Notes under the pieces: generated by a model
What the model saw: only the letters and a program-made list of their open reading frames with translations
Databases searched by the model: none
Told to the model about the DNA's origin: nothing
In this document: one piece after another, positions 27,693 through 43,819 of the stretch
Position numbering within the stretch: the first letter of the stretch is position 1
Layout of the letters: each line of letters opens with the position of its first letter
From: Spirogloea muscicola
Taxonomy: Eukaryota
Assembly (NCBI GenBank): GCA_009602725.1
Contig: WELB01000023.1
Span: 669,331-730,070 of the forward strand
Direction: 5' to 3'
Length of the DNA stretch: 60,740 nucleotides
Position numbers and translations under genes: made by a program

Positions 27693-30600
27693 CTAGGCAG
27701 TCCGGTGGGGTCTAGACGGCTGCTTGCGTTGCTTGGTGGCAGCGGCTACCACTTTGCCACTCGACACCCGCGATTCACCAGCGCCATTCTCAGCTGCAGT
27801 ACTCACACCATCATCGTCCTTGCCCGCATCTGACCCCTTCTCTGCTTCCACTTTGCTAATAACTGGCTTAAACTGCAGCAGATTGGTGCAAACACCACAC
27901 TTCAGTTACAAGCTTGCTGACTACAACCACATTCACATGCAAATGCACTAAGTAACACCCATGCCGCCTACCTGATACACCGAGTAGATGACATTGCGCC
28001 GGATCTGGGCCGTCATCTCCAAGAAGAGATTGTAACCCTCCAGCTTGTACTCGATAAGGGGGTCCCGCTGTGCATAGCCACGAAGCCCCACTGCCTGCTG
28101 GACGAACTTCAAAGCCTGCAGGTGCTCCTTCCACAGGTTGTCGGTTTGTCCCAGCACAAAGTACCGCTCCGCGTCGGGCATGAGCCCAGGCACCCGTGCT
28201 TCTACTTCTGTCTGCGCAAATTGTAAGAAGCCCACTTGACAATCAAAGTCCTTCCCTACTTTCCCAGCGCGTGCTACCAATGCTACCTCTGGCTCACCTA
28301 GCCTGAAGATGTCGTCAAGACCTTCTTGTGATCTTATTAACAAGTGGCCCAGCCACCGACCTGAAAATTGATATGACCGCAATGTCCCGCAGCCTACCTT
28401 CTTCTTCAGGTACGCCTGGCGACCCCTTTCCCTCAAGTACTCACGAAGGGTTTCGTAGGACGTTGACTGCTCCTTCAATATTTGTGGAGTCACATTCTCC
28501 AGCATGTAGCAGTACCTATGATGCACATAAAGCACATGAGGATGGGGCTAGCGTGCTAAGGTCCGACTACAAGGAAACTAGTGCAATTACTGATCAGTCA
28601 GCACAACGACCAGGTCAGTACAACCCTCCAGATCAGAGGGGGGTTTGCAGGTGTGATGATTGCCAGTGACTTATCAGAGACGTGCCTACTCAGGACATGG
28701 AGCAGTCTGAAAGACTAAGAGTGACCAGGGCAAAAGCCTACTTTGAGTCACTGCTTGAGCTGGACTCACTGGTGGAGCTTGCTGGCAAGACTGTCAAAGT
28801 TCCACTCATCTGCAGGTCGAGCACCATCCACATTCGCCTGCAGAAGAACGTCCAACAACACCAACAAGCCCGTGCCCACGTTGAGCCACTGACTGCGCTC
28901 ACTCTGAGCCACTTGTGGGTGGACCATCTCGACAATCTACAACAAAGGCGACCAGGATAGAGTCTGTGCCACCACATATGCTACGAAACCCTGATCAAGC
29001 CAAGCAAGTATACACAGCAGGGATGGGCCAAACCTCAAGAATGTCATCCATAGTCAGCTCCGCATACTCTAACATCTGAGATGAGAGGTCGTCAGCAACC
29101 AGAGCTCGCCGCCTCTCTGAGTAGATGCGGTCGCGCTGGCTGTTAAGCACCTCGTCATACTCAAACAACTGCTTCCGGATGTCAAAGAAGTATGCCTCCA
29201 CCTTCTTCTGAGCCTCGTCGAGCGATCTTGTCAGCATTTTGGACTCGATGGGCAAATCCTCCACCCGGAATACCTTCATCAGGCCCTTCAGCAACATAGA
29301 ACATAGCCACCCAATTAATGATAGCCTCTCATGCGGACATTGACTTCAGTTGCCAGGGGACGTCTGTCACAATGCTGCTACTTGAACGTCAAAGGATGGG
29401 CATATGGACATTTGTGTAAAGGCCATGTCCTTGACCACAGTCACAACAATGTCTACCTGGATGCGATCCCCACCAAAAACTCTGAAAAGATTGTCCTCCA
29501 AGCTCAAGAAGAAGCGGGAAGAGCCTGGATCACCTTGTCTACCACTCCTCCCTCGTAGCTGAAATGCCATGTCACATAGGATGACAGCATCAAATTAGTG
29601 ACGACATGTATACCTACAATGTCCTTTTCTTTGACGGCCTTTTCTATATCAAGTACTCTGTTCCCCAGATATTGGCACTGATTACTTTGTGTAGCTGCAT
29701 ACAGTAATCCCACACCTGATTGTCGATTCGCCTCGATTCGTGTCTCTCAGTGCCGACAACATGCAGACCCCCTGCAGCAATCACCTGTGGAGCCAATAAA
29801 TGTGCTGTACTTAAGTTCCAACAATGCCAGCAACTACAACATATGACTATCTCAAAGTATGGTGACACGGGCTGCAAATTCAATTGCTGCTACCTGTTCC
29901 TTCTCCGCATCCGTGTATGATTTGTATTCGTTGTTGATGGCCCGAAAGCACTGCCGCAATTGGCCAATGACCTCATCGGAAGTGGGTCCCTGCCAGCAAA
30001 AGCACAACAGCTCAGCAGCGTGACAGCTGAAACATGATGCCGCACCTACATATGTTGCAAACCGCATGTCGTGAGCTGCATTGGTGTAAGCTTCAGGTAT
30101 ACACGTGAAGATCTGGACCTATCTTGGCCTAAAATGAGTTGAAAGTTTCTACGGTACTATGCATATGCACTACCGTGGTAATTTAGGAAGGAACTACCTT
30201 CTCACAGGCATATGACAGCCGCTCTTCAGCCTCCAGCTCGGGCAGCGAACGCTCACCCCAAGCCGCCACCACTGTGTCTACCATAGTCTCTGCCTCAGAG
30301 TGTGTCTCTGACGAGAGGCTGCAGGGAAAGAGTTCCTCACTGACCTGCCATGTGCAAATTCCGGGTGCTCATTGACTCTAATGTAAATGCACCCCACCGA
30401 GGTATTGGATTTGTTTATGAAAATGCAAGCACACATAGTTTACATGAGTAGCACCCACCTTCCAGGACCTCTTTGCTGGAACCTTCTGATTCCTCTTCTC
30501 AAAGGCAATTTCACCATCTCCCGGTTGCACAATCCTGACACAGGCATTACTGTTTGAGCCTTTGCGTAAAGGTGACAGCTTCGCCTAAGCTTGTTCACCC

Positions 30601-33600
30601 CTCCAAGCTGTACTCTTGCTCTACTGCTCTTGCAAGTCCGATGGCTCATCTGTGGCATGCAGGTTTGACCTTTGTATGCCAGAGTAAATGTCTTTGATCT
30701 GAGCACAGTCTCGTTCTTAAGAGCGAGTGATACTGAAGTCCTACGATTGGTACATACTGGACCACAGCCTCCACTTGAGCTGCACGCATTCAAGCATAAT
30801 CAAGTGTGACAAGAAAGGATGCCCCAAGATGCAGCTTGGAAAGTGCACCTAGGAAGAAGCAGCTCCCGCAGCTTGAGGCGGGCCATGAAGTCAGAGTTCC
30901 CCCCAAGGATGATATCCGTGCCACGACCAGCCATGTTCGTTGCAATAGTCACGGCTCCCACTCGTCCACTTTGGGCAACAATTTCTGCCTCCCTCTCTAC
31001 GTTTTCTGGCTTCGCGTTCAGAACCTGAGAAGCCCATATTCAAAACCAGCTCAATAAATGTGAAACAGAATGTGCTTCACTAGATGCAAAGCGAAATTAG
31101 GCACAGTCACATGAGATCCTTAACTGGGAAACACTGTGCAGTACCTGATGCTTGATTCCTGCTTCTGCCAGTTGCACAGAGAGCACCTCGGACTGCTCAA
31201 CAGACGTGGTCCCGACCAGCACGGGTCGGCCAATCTTGTTCATCCGAGCCACCTCCACGACAGCGGCCCTCCACTTGCCACTTTCTGTCCGAAAGACCAC
31301 ATCTGACTCGTCCTGGACAGAAGGCCCAGGTCCAGCAAATCACTTGCTGCCTTCAGTACAGATAGCAATTCTTAAGCTCAATAAGGAATTCACATTGCAT
31401 TTGACTGTACTGCTCCGCGCTTAGTGCAGCTCCCTGTCACAAATCAAAGCTTTAGCCTCACCTTGCGGATCATTGCCTTGTTGGTGGGAATCTCCGTGAC
31501 GGCAAGCTTGTATATGCTGCTGAACTCATTGGCCTCGGTCACAGCCGTTCCCGTCATGCCGCACAACTTGGGGTACTGAAGGAAGAAGTTCTGGTAGGAG
31601 ATTGATGCAAGCGTAATAGTCTCGTTCTGTATCTTTATTCCCTCCTTGGCCTCAATGGCTTGGTGGAGGCCGTCACTCCATCTCCGCCCCTGCACGAGCA
31701 AACCTCAGCACAACGTAACAGACGAAATGACTTTCAGAAGATTGCTTAATCGAAAGTAAAACTAGGCTCTTACCAAGCATACATACTAGCAGGAGGGACT
31801 GTGCATGACACAATCAGGTCAGGTGGAGCACCTGCATAACCCGTCCAGTAAACTCGTCCACAATCATGACCTCGTTGTTGCGCAGAATGTAGTTGACATC
31901 CCGCAGGAAGAGCTCCTTGGCCTTGATGGCGTTAATGACATAGGACGCCCACTGCTCCCTTGGATCATAGAGGTCTTTTGAGTTCAGAAGGTCCTCAGCC
32001 GCTTCGTAGCCCTCCTCTGTCAGCAGAACAGATTTCTGTTTCTCGTCAACCTGCAGTTAGAAAAGTAAAGTCTCAGTGCAAGGGACAGGCGAGCAAGAGC
32101 ACATGTTCATGCATAGATTTCAAGCGCTTGGCTCCAATTGAGGAGTTCATGTTCAGCGACGTGGAATATTGGCCTCCTTGCATTGCAGGTGCAGATTCAA
32201 GAGTCGCACATACCGTGTAGTGCACATCCTTCTTGAAGGCATCAGCCAACTTGGATGCCTTGTAATACTTCTCAGAAGGCTTATCAGCGGAGCCTGAGAT
32301 GATGAGAGGCGTCCTTGCCTCGTCGATTAAGATGGAGTCCACTTCGTCAATAATGCAGTAAGTGAATCCCCTCAAGACAAGCTCGTCCTTTGACTAGAAA
32401 AAACAAGGGAGCAATTATAAAAACAGTATAAGAATGGAAATGGACACACCAGAGAACCTTCTTTGCAATGTTATTTGTTCAAGTCTCAAGACAACCTCTT
32501 GCCCTATAACTGATTAAGTAATGAAGCACAAAATCTGCAGCTCATTCTCCTAGACCAGAATCATGCACCTGGGAATTATTAAGAACCTCAAGCACGCAGG
32601 AGTCAGGGTTTAGAGCAAAGCTTTATATTCAGAAGCCGACTAAGGAAGTGTCATAAAACTCCTGGAACCTACGCTGGCCAGGTTATCGCGAAGAAAATCA
32701 AAGCCCAGCTCACTGTTGGTGACATATGTGACATCTGCTGCATAATTAGCGCGCCTTTGTTCCGAATCCATGCCCTCTGCGTATTGCAAGCGCCAGAGAT
32801 TTAGCTACTGGTTGTTGGGCTCAACGAAGGCAGGCGTCTCTGGCGTCATCGTTTTTAGCCTACTGCCAGCCCTAAGTATGCATTTACACGCCAACTTGAG
32901 TGAAAGCCACGAGTGAGAGCGCACGTTGTATGAGGCCCACTTGCAAGCCAAGAAAGCGGAGGACTTGGCCCACCCACTCGCAGTCCCTCCTTGCCAGGTA
33001 GTCATTCACCGTGACAATGTGCACGCCCTTCCCAGCGAGGGCGTTGACAAATGCCGGTAGGACCGCGACCAGTGTCTTGCCCTCGCCGGTCCTCATCTCT
33101 GCGATCTGCCCTTTATGGAGCACCAGCCCTCCTGAAGACCCACCAAGAGTCTTACCTCAACCGCTTGTACACAATTGATGATTCTGCCACCAAGCCAACG
33201 GCCTGAGAGACTGTGCTGCAAGCGGCGCCATCCTTCAGCACACTTACGGGCTGCCATGATGCAGGGCAGTACAGCGTGGAAGGCTAGATTGACTGCCCAC
33301 CAATCAGCTGCACATCGAATGGGCGCAAGCCCAGCACGCGCTTGGACGCCTCCCTGACTACAGCAAACGCGTCCTGCACCAGGCAAAGCACTTATCGCAC
33401 TCTTTCAAGAAGTAGACCTTCCAAATCTCAGTTCATGGTCCACATGACAATCTAGGCGCTCGTAGACAGTCAGTGAGGCCTGCCTGAACAGGCAGCACCA
33501 CACAGCTTCTGCTGAAGTAGAGGAGGCTGATGCAAAACTTACGGGAAGGACGCTGTCCAGCGACTCCCCCTGGCCCAGCCTGGCCTTGAACTCGGCGGTC

Positions 33601-34096
33601 TTGGCCTGCAGCTCCGCGTCCGACAGGCTCGCGACCTCGCCCTCCTGCGCGCTGATGGCGGCTACCTGGGCGGCGTACTTGGCCCGCGTCGCCTCCCCGG
33701 CGTCCTGCCCCTTGAGCAGGCCCCCCAGCAGGCCGCCTGCAGGCCCCTCCCGGGACCCCAAACCCCACTATCAGGGTCCACAACAAGGCGGCCAAGCGGC
33801 CAAGCGACCACGTTTAATACGCCAACGTTGACCACCATCAGAGTCGACGCCAGCACCGTCTGCAAAGGTGTCGGAGTTCAAGCTTGGCTCTGAACGCTCT
33901 TCCCGGGCGCTCGAAAGGGTTGACGTCGAGGAGAGGCGAGCTACGAAGCTCATAAGGAGGCGCAGCATGCCTTCCTTCGTACCTAGGCCGGCTGTGACGG
34001 CCGCGGGGCCCGCACGGCGCGTCGTCGGGCCATCGTGCCGGCGCGGCGGCGGAAGCGGCTGGCCCCGGAACGCCGTGCGGAGCCGGCCGTGGCGGC
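27693..34096 (-). CDS. secA: Chloroplast preprotein translocase ATPase SecA (start codon probably in gap 34097-34159)
   Basis: About 20 exons. Transit-peptide-like exon ending 33983, then [122 protein letters not shown]. Last exon 27872-27693. Confidence 0.97.
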
Positions 34097-34498
34097 NNNN
34101 NNNNNNNNNNNNNNNNNNNNNNNNNNNNNNNNNNNNNNNNNNNNNNNNNNNNNNNNNNNGGCGGCGCGGCGGCCCGCCTGGGGCGCCGCGATTGGCGGCA
34201 GCGGCGGCGGGGGGGTGGCGGCGGCGTGGCTATGAGCGTCACCTGCAGCGGCGCGGCTGACGAGGATGACGGCCACGGGGACCCGTTCCGACTGTCGCTC
34301 GTGGGGCCTGTGCAGCTGACGTGGCTATCGAGGCCTGACCACTCATAGTACCCCGTTGCAGCAGACCGGCACGGGACGCCAGCCCGTGGGAACGGAACCC
34401 CCCGGTGGCTCACGCCGGGGTTGCCCAAGCCGCCGCGTCCGCCGCCGGCTCCGGATGACGACAAGCGCGCGGGAGGGGGTGGAGCAGCCGAAGCTCTT

Positions 34499-34545
34499 GC
34501 CACGTGTCGCCCTATCTGAGCCTCCCGGGCCGAATGCCACGTGGC
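34499..34545. promoter_or_regulatory. Paired G-box/ABRE motifs upstream of secA
   Basis: GCCACGTGTC at 34499-34508 and GCCACGTGGC at 34536-34545; an additional TGACGTGGC near 34317. Confidence 0.4.
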
Positions 34546-34638
34546 AGCTCGCGGTGGGCGCGTCGCGCAGCAACCAAGCCGGTCTCGGGTTTCCATGACT
34601 TCCTGTTCCTGGTCTGGCCGCCGCCTCCGGGTCTCGGC

Positions 34639-35378
34639 CTTTGTTCATTCTTTCTTGGGCTGGCTGTTCCAGCTCATATCCTCAATGGGCGAGCCCTTGC
34701 TTCTCGGCGGAGTGCCTCCTTCCCTGCATCGAGCTACTCTGACCTGATGTTGCTCACTCGCGGGTACTGAGCTTCCCTACTGAGTTGTCGTGTTTGGTAA
34801 AGTAGTCCTTTTACGCCACCTCTTTCTTTGGCTTTGGACGTTGTCCATTGTTTTTGGGCTGGCTTTGCCAGCCCCTCTTCTCTATGTGCGAGCACTTTCT
34901 TTGTTCCTCGTGCATTTAAGGTCAGGGTTTGAGGTTTAAGTTGTCTTCCGTGCACTCTTGTGCAATTCAAGCTCTCCATGGACCATGGCCTTCCTGAGAC
35001 CGGCCGGTTGACGCGCGTCGCTGAAGTGGGGGGGGGGGTGGCAGCTTGGGCAACACCAGCATTCCGTAGGCACTAATTGCATCTCACAGAACGCGGCTTT
35101 CGGTTGGTTTGCAGCGCTCGCAAGCTCTGGCTCTCCGTCAGCGTGCAGGGCGCGTTCCAAGTCAGGCCATTGGCTTCCGTGGCGGCGCTCCGGCTTCCCG
35201 AGTTAGCTTGTCGGATTAGCATGTGCTCACCCGTGGGCACTAACGTCACCCTGTTACTTTAGGCACCTTAGCATAGGCCTCCATTTGATGTAGCCTTGTT
35301 TATCCTGCACTACATTCTGCCTGAACAATGTAGTGGCTTGAGTTGGCCTCCCTTTTAGTTCATGCGCTCCGCGCGCCT
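34639..35378 (+). mobile_element. Three same-orientation CRE-like non-LTR 3' ends in tandem (A, A', B)
   Basis: 34639-34701 (TSD TCTCGGC 34632-34638/34702-34708). ~34720-34903 (SYSDLMLLTRGY*, stop 34770). 35000-35378 (HRTRLSVGLQRSQALALRQRAGR...VSLSD*HVLTRGH*), flanked by a 27-bp direct repeat at 34973-34999/35379-35405 with one mismatch. Confidence 0.85.
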
Positions 35379-35960
35379 TCTCCATGCACCATGGCCTTCC
35401 TGAGATAGACATCATCTCTGCATTCCTAGCAACACACATGACGTGGTTACTGGCATCTAGCCAACTTGATGCTTATGATGATAAGCGGACTTGAGATCTG
35501 TCCTGGACCCGATCTGTCCTAAATGAGTTAAGTCCAACACAGGACAGTACTGGCAGCAATGCGCAAGGGCTTATCCAGTCTTACAAGTGAGAGAAAATTG
35601 TCAATTGCAGTGGCGACCCACATGCTATGCATGTCCAAAAGCGAGAGGGTCGATGGCTGTGATTGGCCAGCCCAGAAAAAGAATAATCAGAGTTCGATTG
35701 ACTAGGGGCTGCTGAGCACTGCAGTGAGCGACTGGTGCCGCTGCAGTTAGCCTCGTCTTTCCTGCCTCCTGTCCTGGTGCGCTGTTGGCCCCATGGTACA
35801 AGGGCCTGATAAAGCACAGCCCCTTGCCCCATGAAAGTGCCACAAAGTCCTCTATGGTTCTCTGCACTCACTCAATGGTGCCATGCCCACTCTCCCACAC
35901 TCCCCCTGTTCCGATGGCCTCTTGCAATGCCGCGTTTGGAACTCTCACAAAAAGAAGGGC

Positions 35961-37302
35961 CTATGAAGGCAGCTGCTGAAATACGACACCATCAACATAG
36001 AGGTCGTGCTTCCAGGAGCCGTCTTTCAGCTCTGTAAGAGCCAGCTGAGTAACCACAGGCGTGAGGGCTTTATCAGGGTACAACATCACCTTGTCTGGTC
36101 GTTCCACAAGAAATTCACCCACAGGGCAGTCCTTCCAATCTGGAAGTTGGGGCACGCTGTGTGCCGTAACACTTATTGAGCCAATGATTGCATCAGGACC
36201 TCCCACCAGTATTTCGCTGTCAAGCTCCTTGGAGAAGGGGCTGAACATGGTATGTGTCACCGGCAGCCCAACCACGTTCTGGAAGAGCATAGGCGTGTCC
36301 TTGTTACGTGACAGACGCCACGCCACCGAGTAGCGGCCTGGCGGCAGCAGCACGGTTACCTCTCCACGCATCTAGCACATATGCAAAAAAGTAAAGTCAA
36401 TCTCCTGCCAACCTCAATCTGCCAGCCTCAATCAGCCAAAAGGATGCCTAGCACAGTGGCAAACGGTCCTCTATTGGCCAGAAACAACTGGGATCTTGGC
36501 TGGAGAAAAGACTGCGTGCTCTGCCTCAATTTTCTACTGCAGGACACACAACAGAAGGTTCTGGTGCAAGCGGGGCTAGAAAGACAGCGCTGTACTGCAG
36601 GAGGAGTCCTGCAGTGCATAGAGTAATGTAACAAACAACTGAGGCCAAGCACTCCTAAGCATTGTGCAATGCCGACACAGGTGTGAGGAGGACAGCAGTA
36701 TGTGCATGAGGGCCCACCTCGAACCAGCAGACTGCGAGAAGATGCGCCACCGTCTTGAAGGCTGAGCCCGACACGCCTGGCTGCATGACCCAGTACCGCG
36801 GCGTGTCGCCCCACACGATGCCGAGGTTGTGCGCAGCAGACACCGTCAGGCGCACCAAGCCGGACCGGGGGTCCAGCGCCAGGAGCTGCTTGCCACCATC
36901 CATGAGGGCTCCTTTTGTGAGCACAGCAAAGGCGGCCCCGCCCCGTAGCTTGGGGTCGAAGCCCTCCGCCAGGAGTTTCTCTCGGTATCCCCTTGGGATG
37001 AAGGCTTCCCAGAGCTCGTCAGAAGCCGCCGCGGCCGCGAGAGCGCGGCAGACGCAAGCTGAGCGCCCCACGTCCGCCGGCGACGTGAGCGACAGCACCA
37101 GCGCCAGGCAGTGCTCAGGCAGGTCCAGCAGCGGGAATGGCTCGCGCGGCGACGCAGCCTCGCCGTCCGCAGCGGCGGCGTCGACAGGTCGCACGGCCTC
37201 TTGTGAGACGGCGGGAGCGGCAGGCTCCGCGGCCGCTGCCCGCACCGCCGGCTGGGCGAGGGGGAAGCGGGGCACCCACGAGCGCAATGACCAATTCGCC
37301 AT
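35961..37302 (-). CDS. F-box protein with C-terminal PP2/Nictaba-like lectin domain (PP2-B-like)
   Basis: Exon 1 37302-36718 (LLDLPEHCLALVLSLTSPADVGRSACVCRALAAAAASDELWEAFIP; IVWGDTPRYW; VCWFE). Exon 2 36371-35961 (LPPGRYSV...WKHDLYVDGVVF). Confidence 0.93.
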
Positions 37303-37946
37303 TGCGCGGCGCACCAAGTGAAGGCAAAGCTGGCGACGGCGGTGCAGGCAGGTGTGCAGGAGGTGCGGTCGTCGCAGCCAGCGGTGGAGGGCGAGGGGCT
37401 CGGCGCTGGCACTCGTACTGGAGGGGGCGCAGCGTTGGTGTGTGGAGCGAGACGGCGGCGTAGTGGAAGAAGTGGCGTGTCGTGGGAAGGAAGGGAAACG
37501 CGGCTGGTGGTATGAAGGGGCCGGATGCGGGAAGGGAAGGCGCAACCGAGGATCCACGGGAAAAGGTGCCTTCCCAGAAGGCACTTCTCTTGTTTTTGGT
37601 CCTTACTTTTCCGCAGCCCTCGCTCCACTTGGATGCGCTTACTTGTGCACTGACCATACCTCAGCCCCGTTCACAGATCATTCACAGAGGGCTTCGCTTT
37701 GTGTAGCGCCAGTCTTTGCGCCAAGCTTTCTCCTGAGCAGTGTACATTTCCTCCTTTGTAAGAGGCACTTTCTTTGTGTACACAGGCTTGATCTAGCCTC
37801 GTCTCCATTTCATGCACACGGCACGCCTTCTCCGAGAAGGAATCAAGCTTTGGCGGCGGGAGGAGCCCGCTCACACGTGGCGAAAGCTGCCCGCCAGCCC
37901 CGCCAGCGCAACCGCGTGGCAGAGACGCCACAGGAGGCTTGCTCTG

Positions 37947-38070
37947 AAGAGAGAGAAGGCGCGCGGGGCGCATGAAATGAAAGGGAGGCCAATTCAAGCC
38001 AGTACATTGTTCAGGCGAAGGCTACTGCAGACTAAACAAGGCTAAATATACCTAAAGTAAGGTGCCTAAG
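37947..38070 (-). mobile_element. CRE-like non-LTR retrotransposon 3' UTR fragment (subfamily B)
   Basis: Near-colinear with 20061-20190: gagagaaggcgcgcggggcgcatgaaatgaaagggaggccaattcaagccagtacattgttcaggc... Confidence 0.85.
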
Positions 38071-38144
38071 GTGAAAGAGACTGCGAAGCCCCGCGCCAAC
38101 GACGGGGCGCGCAGCAGAAGGCAACCCACGAAGAGTCTTTCTTT

Positions 38145-38643
38145 CCTCAGCCCAAGTAAAACGAGGCCCAAGGCTCATGCATTGCACGAGAAAGCTGGTC
38201 AAGCCTTGGCTACTGGCACAGGAGCTTGTCAATTGCCGTTGACTTTTGTGGCATCAATTAGCGACCTCTGTGAGCCGACTCGTGGTCACTGAACAGGTCA
38301 GCTTAGCAGCAGGTGATGTACATTTGTCACTGTGCTTGCCGTTGTACTTGGCCACTCAAACCCTCTATCACTCAACATACACTCCGGCGTCGCAAAGGTG
38401 GAGGGAGAAAACTGCTCTTTCAGATGCTGGCTCATACAGCGCCAGATTGAAGTAGCCACTTGTACAGATAGCTCTGTGCTTTACGCTTTGGTGCTCTGGC
38501 GCCCAATAAGTATAGCAGATGTATATGCAGTCATCGAACGTGCTACAGTCCTTCTGGTATACAACACTTTGTTCTTGATAAACTGTACTGGCTTGCTTTG
38601 GCCTCCCTTTCATTCCTTGTACACTGCACGTCGTCTTTATTTC
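38145..38643 (+). mobile_element. Divergent CRE-like non-LTR 3' end
   Basis: KAHALHEKAGQALATGTG...ASISDLCEPTRGH* (stop 38290-38292), followed by a UTR ending actggcttgctttggcctccctttcattcc, homologous to the subfamily B terminus. Confidence 0.7.
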
Positions 38644-39399
38644 AGACCTTGTCCACTTTCTTGAACTGGCCTTCAACATTCATCCCCAAAGCTCAAGATA
38701 AGCTTTTACTTGAATAGGGCAGTGGGAGACCAACTCTAATCTTTCAGCCCCAATGACATAGTTTTAATAAGATTACTCAGCATAACAAGCAACTAGAACG
38801 TTGACGAGTTGGTACGCATAATTGAATAGATGACCAGTTGTGCAGACGAAGTTCTCATTTGCTTTTAACCGAAGCTTTCTGTGACATGATTAGCTTCTAT
38901 GATCAGCAGCGTATCTTCTTTTGCAGCCTCGCTTCTACGTCATTAGGCGCTACAGCTGCAATGGCTCAGAATAAGATCAAACGATTCTTCGCTTATTAGG
39001 ACACCGTTAAGCAACAGACACGAATCTATTTTCCTCAGTCAACAGCCGCAGCCCGTTCCACCAGAATCGGCCAACAGTCAAGGAGTCGTTCATCAGAAAT
39101 CAGGGCGGCAGCAGCCGATACAGAGACTGTCAAGGAGTCGTCCACCAGGGAGGCAGCAGCCAAAAGCAGCACAGACATAGAAGAGTAACAATGACTAATT
39201 TTGCTGCAGCGTTAATGTGTTGGAGAGTGGTTGCTGCAGGACTACTCAGCAAGGTAGCCGCACGCCAGAGTTAAAAGTAAGATGCGACCAGCACGAGAGA
39301 AGCAAAGAGGGTTTGACTTATCTTATCAAAGGCAGTGGTTGTGGATCTAGCCTTCAAAAAGAACGGGCAGGAGGGGAAGTCTTTGATCAAGCAAGACAG

Positions 39400-40290
39400 G
39401 GGAAGGCACTGCCATCGGCTATAGTAGCTTGCAAGGCCAGCCCATAAGATTGGACAGGGTGTGGCGAGCACCACGTTCATACAGCAGAGCAAGGACAAAA
39501 GTAGATACTGAGACTCAGAAATAACCTCCAGTTAGCAGCCAAAAGCAGACAGAGTGGCAGCAGGGACACTCTCTGTTGCTGCAAAAAGTAAGAACAGCAG
39601 CAAGAACGCAAGTGCATGCGCATGTGCAGAGCCTAGGCCTCGGAATCTATAGCAGGACCTACAAGCACATCGGGTAAACAAGCATAAGAGATCCTAGCTC
39701 TTAAATAAGAACTTGTCACAATGCAAGCCCAACGCGACATGCCTTGGCAAGATGCATGAGAAGGTGAAATAATTTTCACAAATGCTCAATAACACTTCGT
39801 TGGATGTCTATGTGATAGTGGCCACTGTCCTCTCCTGCCAGGGGTGGTCGTCAAGAATTGACTTACTTTGAAGCAGGCAGTAGCAGCCAGCTCTGGCACA
39901 TCAGAGCATGAGCACCATCTCGTGCTGGCAATCTGTGTGACTGGTTAGCAGCCAGAAGTCTTGAAGGGTGACTGCAGGATAGAGCACTTCTTGCGGAGGG
40001 GACAGGAAGCAGCAAAAGCATGGCGGACGTGCGAGGGCAAAGCATAGGCATGTGATAAACAAAGAGAGGGCACTATCAAGAGGACAAAACTTCCGATCTG
40101 GTATTGGGACACTATGAGGCAGTGGCCAGCTTTTATCAAATCGCACAAGTTTGACAAGTGCTGCCACAGACCAGAAACACGAGGTGAGAGGCGGGAGTGT
40201 GGGTATTGAAGTGAAGGAGCCACTCCTCTGGGACCATGTCTTTGAGTCGCCAGCTCAAAGGGCACACAGACTTATAGCATCAGAGCGGGA
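39400..40290 (-). mobile_element. Old, frameshifted CRE-like fragments
   Basis: ~39560-39505 LS.FWLLTGGYF* plus the hairpin half gggctggcc at ~39440. ~40270-39940 VPFELATQ..G ... SHAYAL..HAFAAS ... VTLQDFWLLTSH. Confidence 0.4.
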
Positions 40291-41607
40291 TCGGGCAGGT
40301 AGGGAGGAGTGGCTCCTTACATGGTGCAGCACCAAGGGCCTGGAGAGATACACAGTGATCTGCAGAGGTACCGATTGTGCGAGCATGCAAGGTCGCCTTC
40401 CTGCCCGGAGAGGGCGAGAAGCAAGCTCCTCATTTCAAGGGCATTGGCTGTGATCGGCAACCACACAAAATGATGTACAGAATCGTTCGAGCCAGCAGAG
40501 CAAGCCCGCCTTGCGCAGAAGTGATCCTCGTGCAGAAATAAGCAACACCTTCCCACGGTACTCAAATGGTGGGCGGCTCGGCCCACATAGTCGTGTGGAG
40601 GGGCCAGGGCAAGGCCCCGCGCGGCCGTGCGCGCTTCTCAATGGGCCGACGGCGGGGCCGATGCGGCCTACCGGCCAGCAGCACGCGCGACGGTGCGGGG
40701 GCAGCCGACGGGGCCGGACGGCGGCGACGAGAGCGGGCTGGCCGGAGGAGGCCGGGCGACGCGAGGGGNNNNNNNNNNNNNNNNNNNNNNNNNNNNNNNN
40801 NNNNNNNNNNNNNNNNNNNNNNNNNNNNNNNNNNNNNNNNNNNNNNNNNNNNNNNNNNNNNNNNNNNNNNNNNNNNNNNNNNNNNNNNNNNNNNNNNNNN
40901 NNNNNNNNNNNNNNNNNNNNNNNNNNNNNNNNNNNNNNNNNNNNNNNNNNNNNNNNNNNNNNNNNNNNNNNNNNNNNNNNNNNNNNNNNNNNNNNNNNNN
41001 NNNNNNNNNNNNNNNNNNNNNNNNNNNNNNNNNNNNNNNNNNNNNNNNNNNNNNNNNNNNNNNNNNNNNNNNNNNNNNNNNNNNNNNNNNNNNNNNNNNN
41101 NNNNNNNNNNNNNNNNNNNNNNNNNNNNNNNNNNNNNNNNNNNNNNNNNNNNNNNNNNNNNNNNNNNNNNNNNNNNNNNNNNNNNNNNNNNNNNNNNNNN
41201 NNNNNNNNNNNNNNNNNNNNNNNNNNNNNNNNNNNNNNNNNNNNNNNNNNNNNNNNNNNNNNNNNNNNNNNNNNNNNNNNNNNNNNNNNNNNNNNNNNNN
41301 NNNNNNNNNNNNNNNNNNNNNNNNNNNNNNNNNNNNNNNNNNNNNNNNNNNNNNNNNNNNNNNNNNNNNNNNNNNNNNNNNNNNNNNNNNNNNNNNNNNN
41401 NNNNNNNNNCTCCCCCCTTCCCCCCCCATCCTCCCCCTCTCAGGCAGCCTCGCCGGAGCCGCGGGCTCGCCTGCCTCTCCCAGCTGCACGCCCGCCCTCC
41501 GTCACCTCCGCCACCGTTCGCGGCAGCCCACAAAAGCCCCATCATGAGCGCCGCCTGAGAGGCTTCCACTGTGGGAGACGGCCCTTCCAAGCAGCGGCGG
41601 CGTCGGC

Positions 41608-43819
<2,212 letters not shown>

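Noticed and set aside
34914..34943. Telomere-like tttaaggtcagggtttgaggtttaag between retroelement tails
   Set aside because: No exact TTTAGGG unit; too degenerate to claim telomere targeting.
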